Shown here: positions 58,483 through 64,000 of the stretch, one piece after another
How the letters are laid out: each line of letters starts with the position of its first letter
Position numbering within the stretch: the stretch's first letter is position 1
NCBI GenBank assembly: GCA_964562525.1
Contig: CAZLTL010000013.1
Span: forward strand, 16,698 to 80,697
DNA length: 64,000 nt
Source of the DNA: an uncultured bacterium
GTDB lineage: Bacteria > Omnitrophota > Omnitrophia > Omnitrophales > Aquincolibacteriaceae
Direction of reading: 5' to 3'
Notes under the pieces: generated by a model
What the model was told of the DNA's origin: nothing
The model's database searches: none
The model's input: the letters and a program-made list of their open reading frames with translations, nothing else
Position numbers and translations under genes: made by a program

Positions 58483-60670
58483 GTTTCGTTTTTTTACCGT
58501 ATTTTTTCTTACCTTTCTTTTTACCTCCTCCGTTTTCGCTGAGACCAAAACAGGACAGGATGTTCCGGTAGCGGTCGAAAAAATTTCTGAATCCGATGTT
58601 GTGAGCGTCTATGCGTCGCGTTTGGAGTCGTTGCTTCAGCCTCAGAGTCGAGCATCATCCAATGTGACCGTCATTTCGGAAAACGAATTAAAATCTAAAA
58701 AGCCGATGTCTTTCCAAGAAGCTTTATCCGGTGAAGAGGGTGTTGTTTTTTATGACACTGTTGGCAATGGATGGGATCGTGCTTTTTCCATGCGAGGATT
58801 CAACGAATCGAATGCGGTGACAGTATTGGTGGACGGCGTGCGTGTGAATGAAGTGGACGGCTACACGGCAAATTATCCTTTACTTTCCATGGATGACATT
58901 GAAAGAATTCAAATCGAACGCGGGCCTTCGTCACCGGTTTACGGATCCAATGCTTTGGCCGGTGTCGTGAATATTACCACCGGCCGTCCCAGCAAAAAAC
59001 CTTGGAGTCTTTTTGGCGGGGTGGATGTTTCAAGTCATCAGGGAATCCATTTTTATCAAGGTGTCAGCGGAACCATGCAGGATAAAGTTTCTCCGATTGA
59101 GGGTGCTTTTGAATATTATTTTCGCGGCGGAAGAAACCTGGGTGAGGGGTTTCGCGGAAATTCAGATTTTCGTATTTCGAATTTTGATTTTAAAACCGCG
59201 TATGTTTTACCTGAGGAAGCGGGCCGTTTATTCGTCAATGTGAAGCATGTGGATGATATGGTTTCCAATCCGGGTGAACTGACTTTCAACCAATATCAAG
59301 CGTCCCCCAAGCGCACGAATAAACCGAATGATCGCCGCAGTTTTATCAACACCATCGCTCAGATCGGAGCTGACAAAAAAATCTGGGATAATAAAATCAC
59401 GGCGTCACTTTTAGCGAATTGGCGTTTTAATGATTCTGATTTTATTAACACTACGACTCAGTTTGGAACAAATACGCGTTTGGCGGGCGCGAAATCGCGT
59501 CAGCGCGAATTGATCGGACAGCTTTCTTATGAAGATGCTTGGGAATGGTTGAGAAACACAAGCTTGATTGGTTTCGAAATCCATAAAGGTTCGGAAGTCG
59601 CGACTTTGATTTCCGCACCGGGCGGAGAAGTAGCGAAAGGGGCAGCGACAACGCTTGACCGACAAGGCGAAGTTTTTAATTCCGCCCTTTTTTGGAATGA
59701 AAAGCTGGGGCTTACCGATTATGTCGATTTAAACGTGGGTATGCGCCATGATCGCTACACGCTGCATACGATCAATCCAAAGTCGCGCACGAGTAATTAT
59801 GCGGATCGTTGGAACTCGAATACGGTAAGTACCGGCATTACGGTTCACCCCATCAAGCCTATGGATGTCTTTTTTCAATACTCGGAGGGGTTTCGTGCGC
59901 CGGATTTGAGTGACGTGAATCCGTTTGCAGGGTCCACACCGCCTGATATTTTGCGACCGGAACAAAGCAAGCAGTATGAAGTGGGCACGCGTTATCGTTT
60001 TCGAGATCTTTTTCAATTGCGAGGCAGTTGGTTTTTAATCGATATGGAAGATGAAATTGTGAATGATACAACGGCTGTGAGTGTTGCTAATCCCTTCGGA
60101 CAGAATGTCAACATTGGGAAAAGTCGTCGCTACGGATTTGAGCAAGGTGTTGAAGTTGCGCCCTTGCCTGAAGCCCGTTTTTTCGGAACTTATACTTGGA
60201 CGAAGGCATATGTGCGCGAAACGAATGTCGATGCTTTTGGCGGTCAGATTTTCGATGGGCGTGATTTAGGGCAGGTTCCTCGCCAAAGAATGACTTGGGG
60301 CGCGGAAGTAAAACCTTTAGCGCGATTGGGCGAATATTTCGAAGGTTTACGCTTCCGCTTGGATGGCAGCTTTACCGGCAAACAGCATCCTCAAAGCTAT
60401 GAATCGACCAGTCAAGCGATGTTGAATTCTGCGGGCGGAGCAGGGCACAAAATTAAATCTTATACGCTTTGGAATTTTTTGGCGGGGTATGCTTTCAAAA
60501 ACCAAGAAATTTATTTTAAAATCAACAATCTCTTTGATAACAAGTATTATTCCCGTGCCGTCGTTTCAGAAGTTTTTACTGCCGGAACTTATCCGGTGGG
60601 CGTCGATACCTTTGTGAATCCCGGCGCGCCGCGGGAGTATTTAGTGGGGATGAGATGGGAAATAGAATGA
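58481..60670 (+). CDS. TonB-dependent receptor (BtuB-like by context)
   Basis: Signal peptide, a TonB-box-like N-terminus, plug domain, and a 22-strand barrel pattern. Confidence 0.75.
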   Translation: MFRFFTVFFLTFLFTSSVFAETKTGQDVPVAVEKISESDVVSVYASRLESLLQPQSRASSNVTVISENELKSKKPMSFQEALSGEEGVVFYDTVGNGWDRAFSMRGFNESNAVTVLVDGVRVNEVDGYTANYPLLSMDDIERIQIERGPSSPVYGSNALAGVVNITTGRPSKKPWSLFGGVDVSSHQGIHFYQGVSGTMQDKVSPIEGAFEYYFRGGRNLGEGFRGNSDFRISNFDFKTAYVLPEEAGRLFVNVKHVDDMVSNPGELTFNQYQASPKRTNKPNDRRSFINTIAQIGADKKIWDNKITASLLANWRFNDSDFINTTTQFGTNTRLAGAKSRQRELIGQLSYEDAWEWLRNTSLIGFEIHKGSEVATLISAPGGEVAKGAATTLDRQGEVFNSALFWNEKLGLTDYVDLNVGMRHDRYTLHTINPKSRTSNYADRWNSNTVSTGITVHPIKPMDVFFQYSEGFRAPDLSDVNPFAGSTPPDILRPEQSKQYEVGTRYRFRDLFQLRGSWFLIDMEDEIVNDTTAVSVANPFGQNVNIGKSRRYGFEQGVEVAPLPEARFFGTYTWTKAYVRETNVDAFGGQIFDGRDLGQVPRQRMTWGAEVKPLARLGEYFEGLRFRLDGSFTGKQHPQSYESTSQAMLNSAGGAGHKIKSYTLWNFLAGYAFKNQEIYFKINNLFDNKYYSRAVVSEVFTAGTYPVGVDTFVNPGAPREYLVGMRWEIE

Positions 60671-61497
60671 AGATGCAGACCAAAGACCAAAGAACAAAGG
60701 TGAGTGTGTATCTTTGTTTTTTGTTCTTTGTCCTTTGGTCTCTTTCAGCGCAAGGTGCTGAAAGAATTGTATCTCTCAACGCTTGTGCGGATGAGCTTTT
60801 GCTGCAGTTTGTCAGCCCGGATCAAATTGCGGGTGTTACGAATTTAAATCATTCCGAAGTTGCCGCCCGGGTTATCACAGAAAATCCGCATATTTTGCGT
60901 TTAAAGCCGGACCCGGAAAATATCATTCGTTTGCGTCCGAGTTTGGTTTTGGCAGGACCGTTTTCTAATCCGCTTTTAATTCAGCAGCTTGAAAAAATGC
61001 GAATCAAGGTGATGCAGCTGACCATTCCAAAAAATTGGGATGAGCTTCAATTTGAAATCAACCGCCTGGCGCCATGGTTTCAAAATTCTAAAAAGCAAGA
61101 TGCTGTTCAGATGCGAATTCAAGAATTGGTTCAGTTAAAATCAAATTCACCTTGGTTGGGGAAGCGCGCTGTTTTTTGGAGCGCGGCGGGACATCTTTCC
61201 GGAAAAGAAACTTTCGAAGATACTTTTTTGTCCGCGCTGGGGATGGTGAATGCGGATGGCGGCGAGGGATATCGGTTTGTTTCTTTGGAGCGGTTGATTG
61301 CATTGCGGCCTGAGGTGATTGTTGTTACTCAGAATCAATCGCAAAAGAATTCATGGAGCCATGAAACTTTATTTCATCCCGCTTTAAAAAAGGCATTGCC
61401 TGGAATTGAATATTTACACATTCCAGAAGAAGCCGTAAGTTGTGCGTCGGCATATACACTTGAAGTTGTGGAAAATCTTTTAAAATCAAATACATGA
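60667..61497 (+). CDS. periplasmic binding protein of a cobalamin/siderophore ABC transporter (BtuF-like)
   Basis: Signal peptide and an ABC class III substrate-binding-protein fold pattern. ATGA overlap with the receptor stop. Confidence 0.65.
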   Translation: MKMQTKDQRTKVSVYLCFLFFVLWSLSAQGAERIVSLNACADELLLQFVSPDQIAGVTNLNHSEVAARVITENPHILRLKPDPENIIRLRPSLVLAGPFSNPLLIQQLEKMRIKVMQLTIPKNWDELQFEINRLAPWFQNSKKQDAVQMRIQELVQLKSNSPWLGKRAVFWSAAGHLSGKETFEDTFLSALGMVNADGGEGYRFVSLERLIALRPEVIVVTQNQSQKNSWSHETLFHPALKKALPGIEYLHIPEEAVSCASAYTLEVVENLLKSNT

Positions 61498-62468
61498 AGC
61501 CATTCCATTTTATTTTGTTCGGACTGCTTGGGGGATTGTTCGCTGTGTCACTTGGAATAGGGTATTTTGATATTCCTGTTTTTAAAATTATTTCCGGTCA
61601 AGCCGACCCCATTGAAATCTCGGTTCTGTGGCAGATTCGTCTGCCGCGCAGTTTGATAGCGGTTTTGGTTGGAGCAGTGTTGGGGCTTTCCGGCGCAGCG
61701 ATGCAAGGGCTTTTACGTAATCCCTTAGCCGACGCAGGTGTTTTAGGAATATCCAGCGGTGCGGTTTTTGGGGCGATGGCGGTGCTTTATTCCGGAATAA
61801 CGGCTTGGGGAGTGTGGGTGCTGCCTGTTGGCGGATTCCTTGGTGCTTTATTCGCTGCGGTCCTTATTTTGTTTTTTTGCATCCGGCATACAAGTTTGCT
61901 GGGGCTTATTCTTGCCGGAACGGCGCTCAACACACTTTTTTTTGCTTTGAGCAGTTTTTTGCTTAGCTTTTCCAAAAATCCCTACGCGGTGCTCGAAGTC
62001 ATTTATTGGCAAATGGGGTCGCTTGAAAACCGTACGTTTGACCAAGTTTTGGTTGCCGCGCCCGGGATGATTTTAGGCATGGCACTTTTGCTACGTTCAG
62101 CTCCCACTTTAAGACTTTTGACTTTAGGTGAGGATGTAGCGCGCACTCACGGAGTTTCAATTTCGAAAACGATGCGTTTGATCGTTTTGGGAGCGGCTGT
62201 TGCGGTTGGAGCGGCTGTTTCCATTTGCGGGATGATCGGGTTTGTCGGTTTGTTGGTTCCGCATCTTTTGCGGCCTTGGGTGAAGCATGACCCGGGAGAT
62301 TTGCTTTTTCCAAGCGCCCTGGGTGGTGCTATATTTCTTTTGTGCGCGGATATTTTCTGCCGCATGCCATTTTTTGCGGTGGAGTTTAAGATCGGTGTTT
62401 TAACCGCGCTTTTGGGCGCGCCCTTTTTTATTTATTTGGCTTTTAAGGCAAAGACGCAGCTAGCATGA
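61494..62468 (+). CDS. FecCD-family ABC permease (BtuC-like)
   Basis: 9-10 TM helices and a FecCD signature region. Confidence 0.8.
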   Translation: MKPFHFILFGLLGGLFAVSLGIGYFDIPVFKIISGQADPIEISVLWQIRLPRSLIAVLVGAVLGLSGAAMQGLLRNPLADAGVLGISSGAVFGAMAVLYSGITAWGVWVLPVGGFLGALFAAVLILFFCIRHTSLLGLILAGTALNTLFFALSSFLLSFSKNPYAVLEVIYWQMGSLENRTFDQVLVAAPGMILGMALLLRSAPTLRLLTLGEDVARTHGVSISKTMRLIVLGAAVAVGAAVSICGMIGFVGLLVPHLLRPWVKHDPGDLLFPSALGGAIFLLCADIFCRMPFFAVEFKIGVLTALLGAPFFIYLAFKAKTQLA

Positions 62469-63148
62469 ATATTAAATTTTCTGATTTAGTTTGCCGGCTT
62501 GGCGGGAAAGAAATTCTTAAGGGTATTTCGGGTGAAATTGAGCCCAGAAAGTTGACCACCATTTTGGGAGCCAATGGCTGCGGCAAATCGACTTGGTTAA
62601 GAGCCTTGCTTGGTTTGGTTGATCTGCAAAGCGGATATATTTCCGGCTTGCCTGATTTCAAAGGTTATTTACCCCAAAAAAAAGAAGTTTATTGGCCTTT
62701 AACTTGTAAGTCCGTGGTTGAGCTGGGAAATGCGGCTGCCGCGCGCGAAGCGACGCAAACGATTATGGCGCGTTTAGGTATTGAACATTTAAAAGAGAAA
62801 AGAATAGATCAGGTTTCGGGAGGCGAGAGAACTTTGGTTCTTTTAGCACGCGTTTTGCGGGATCGCCCTCCGTTGATTGTTGCGGATGAGCCGATCGCAG
62901 AGCTGGATCCCAAATATCAGATTAAAGTACTGCGGGTTTTAAAAGAAGAGGCCACGCGCGGAGCTCTCGTTTTGGTTACGATGCATGACATCGGTTTAAC
63001 CGAACGTTTTGCTCAAAAGGTGTTTCTTATGAAAGAAGGCGTAATAATGGCGCAAGGAGATGTGAAGCAGGTTTTAAATCAAAATAATCTTGAGAGTCTT
63101 TTCGGTGTTCGATTTGAAGAGCAAAAAGGATTTTATGTTGAAAGATAA
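62465..63148 (+). CDS. ABC transporter ATP-binding protein (BtuD-like)
   Basis: Walker A GANGCGKST, signature SGGERT, and Walker B LIVADEP. Confidence 0.85.
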   Translation: MNIKFSDLVCRLGGKEILKGISGEIEPRKLTTILGANGCGKSTWLRALLGLVDLQSGYISGLPDFKGYLPQKKEVYWPLTCKSVVELGNAAAAREATQTIMARLGIEHLKEKRIDQVSGGERTLVLLARVLRDRPPLIVADEPIAELDPKYQIKVLRVLKEEATRGALVLVTMHDIGLTERFAQKVFLMKEGVIMAQGDVKQVLNQNNLESLFGVRFEEQKGFYVER

Positions 63149-63701
63149 AGCGCCGCGTTCTCACAAAATGCCCAAGCGCCAACCTGACAAAGGGCTTCTG
63201 ATCGTTTATACCGGAGACGGAAAAGGAAAAACAACCGCCGCTATGGGAACAGCTTTGCGCGCTTTAGGTTATGGGATGAAAGTTGCCGTTGTTCAATTTA
63301 TCAAGGGTTCTTGGCCTTCAGGAGAAGAGCGAGCGCTTAAGAAAATGAAAAATTGTTGTTTTCATAAAATGGGAGAGGGCTTTACTTGGGATACAAAAGA
63401 TTTTGAGCGCGATAAGCTCAAGGCCGAGGTGGGTTGGAAGCTGGCTCAGAAGTATATTCAAGACGTTAAGACAAATCTTGTCGTGTTAGACGAAATTAAT
63501 TGCTGTCTCGAATACGGTTTCTTGAACTTAAAAGACGTTTTGGCGGTGCTATCTAAAAAACCGCATATGAAGCATGTTCTTCTTACCGGTCGTGGCGCCC
63601 CCAAAAAACTGATTCAAGTCGCTGATTTAGTGACGGAAATGAAATGCGTCAAACACCCGTACGATCAGGGTATTTGGGCGCAAAAAGGCATCGACTATTA
63701 A
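63135..63701 (+). CDS. cob(I)alamin adenosyltransferase CobO/BtuR
   Basis: GLLIVYTGDGKGKTTAAMG P-loop typical of CobO. The start is chosen at the ATG at 63135; 63168 is an alternative. Confidence 0.8.
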   Translation: MLKDKAPRSHKMPKRQPDKGLLIVYTGDGKGKTTAAMGTALRALGYGMKVAVVQFIKGSWPSGEERALKKMKNCCFHKMGEGFTWDTKDFERDKLKAEVGWKLAQKYIQDVKTNLVVLDEINCCLEYGFLNLKDVLAVLSKKPHMKHVLLTGRGAPKKLIQVADLVTEMKCVKHPYDQGIWAQKGIDY

Positions 63702-63830
63702 AACAACTGAAAAGGCTGCATCTGCGTCGTTGTGAGTTTCGCAAAAGTCGTGCGGCGTAGGTTTTCACTACGCCTCCTATTTTGCTCATTCACGCCTAGC
63801 ATCTACAACCTTTTGAGTTGTTTTTTCATT
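63702..63830 (+). repeat. structured intergenic repeat, family 2, copy 2, plus a partial 3' module at 63850-63895
   Basis: Aligns with 23538-23660. The hairpin ggcgtag...ctacgcc shows a compensatory change relative to ggcgta...tacgcc in copy 1. Confidence 0.6.
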
Positions 63831-64000
63831 TCTCCAAGTGTATCTCTTTGGGCGTTTGCGCGTGCCTTGGGTCTAAACCCTTTTGAGGGGATTCTCGTGA
63901 CAGAGCTAGTGCGGTATGGTTGGTAGGCTTTGAGTTATGGTTTTGGACTTTTAGTTTTAAACTTTAACCTCAATTACGTATCACTTATACGTGATACGTA

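Noticed and set aside
63090-63134. ORF-track start for cobO at 63090.
   Set aside because: That start would overlap the ABC ATPase gene by 59 nt. The in-frame ATG at 63135 leaves a 14-nt overlap and a CobO-typical N-terminal length. 63168 remains a possible alternative.
1-64000. Looked for transposase, integrase, recombinase, phage structural genes, rRNA or tRNA genes that could delimit a mobile island around the TIR gene.
   Set aside because: None recognised by motif. Mobility of the TIR region is inferred only from composition and the flanking repeats.

Overview
This 64-kb window looks like a chromosomal segment of a Gram-negative aerobe, with about 50% GC. Its gene content is Bdellovibrio-like or delta-proteobacterial, but that attribution is unverified. 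The window is dominated by respiratory and uptake modules. (1) A TonB-dependent receptor with ExbB-ExbD-TonB at 2.5-6.3 kb, preceded by three coupled genes of unknown function. (2) On the minus strand from 19.4 kb down to 6.7 kb, a complete Alternative Complex III (actABCDEF plus a small ActG-like gene) followed by SCO1 and a caa3-type oxidase (coxB with fused cytochrome c, coxA, coxC, coxD), then a polyacidic protein. (3) tatA and cobalamin-dependent methionine synthase metH. (4) A low-GC gene for a TIR-domain protein followed by a multi-TM protein, bracketed by two families of structured intergenic repeats. (5) Assorted secreted, redox and metal-transport genes: SYLF, TPR, Zn alcohol dehydrogenase, truncated globin, CDF, VIT1, YceI, a Rieske-flavoreductase fusion and a GIDE/LemA pair. 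(6) A full cbb3 oxidase locus: Rrf2 regulator, porin-like outer-membrane protein, fused ccoNO, unannotated ccoQ, monoheme ccoP, ccoG, a DsbD_2-like membrane protein, ccoI and ccoS. (7) A SET-domain protein converging on an unannotated zinc-ribbon mini-gene. (8) A putative cobalamin riboswitch in front of a BtuB-like receptor, BtuFCD-like ABC transporter and a CobO/BtuR adenosyltransferase. No rRNA, tRNA, CRISPR array, transposase or integrase was recognised. All homology calls rest on motif recognition by eye. Coordinates I derived myself (adjusted starts, small ORFs, hairpins) may be off by 1-2 nt.
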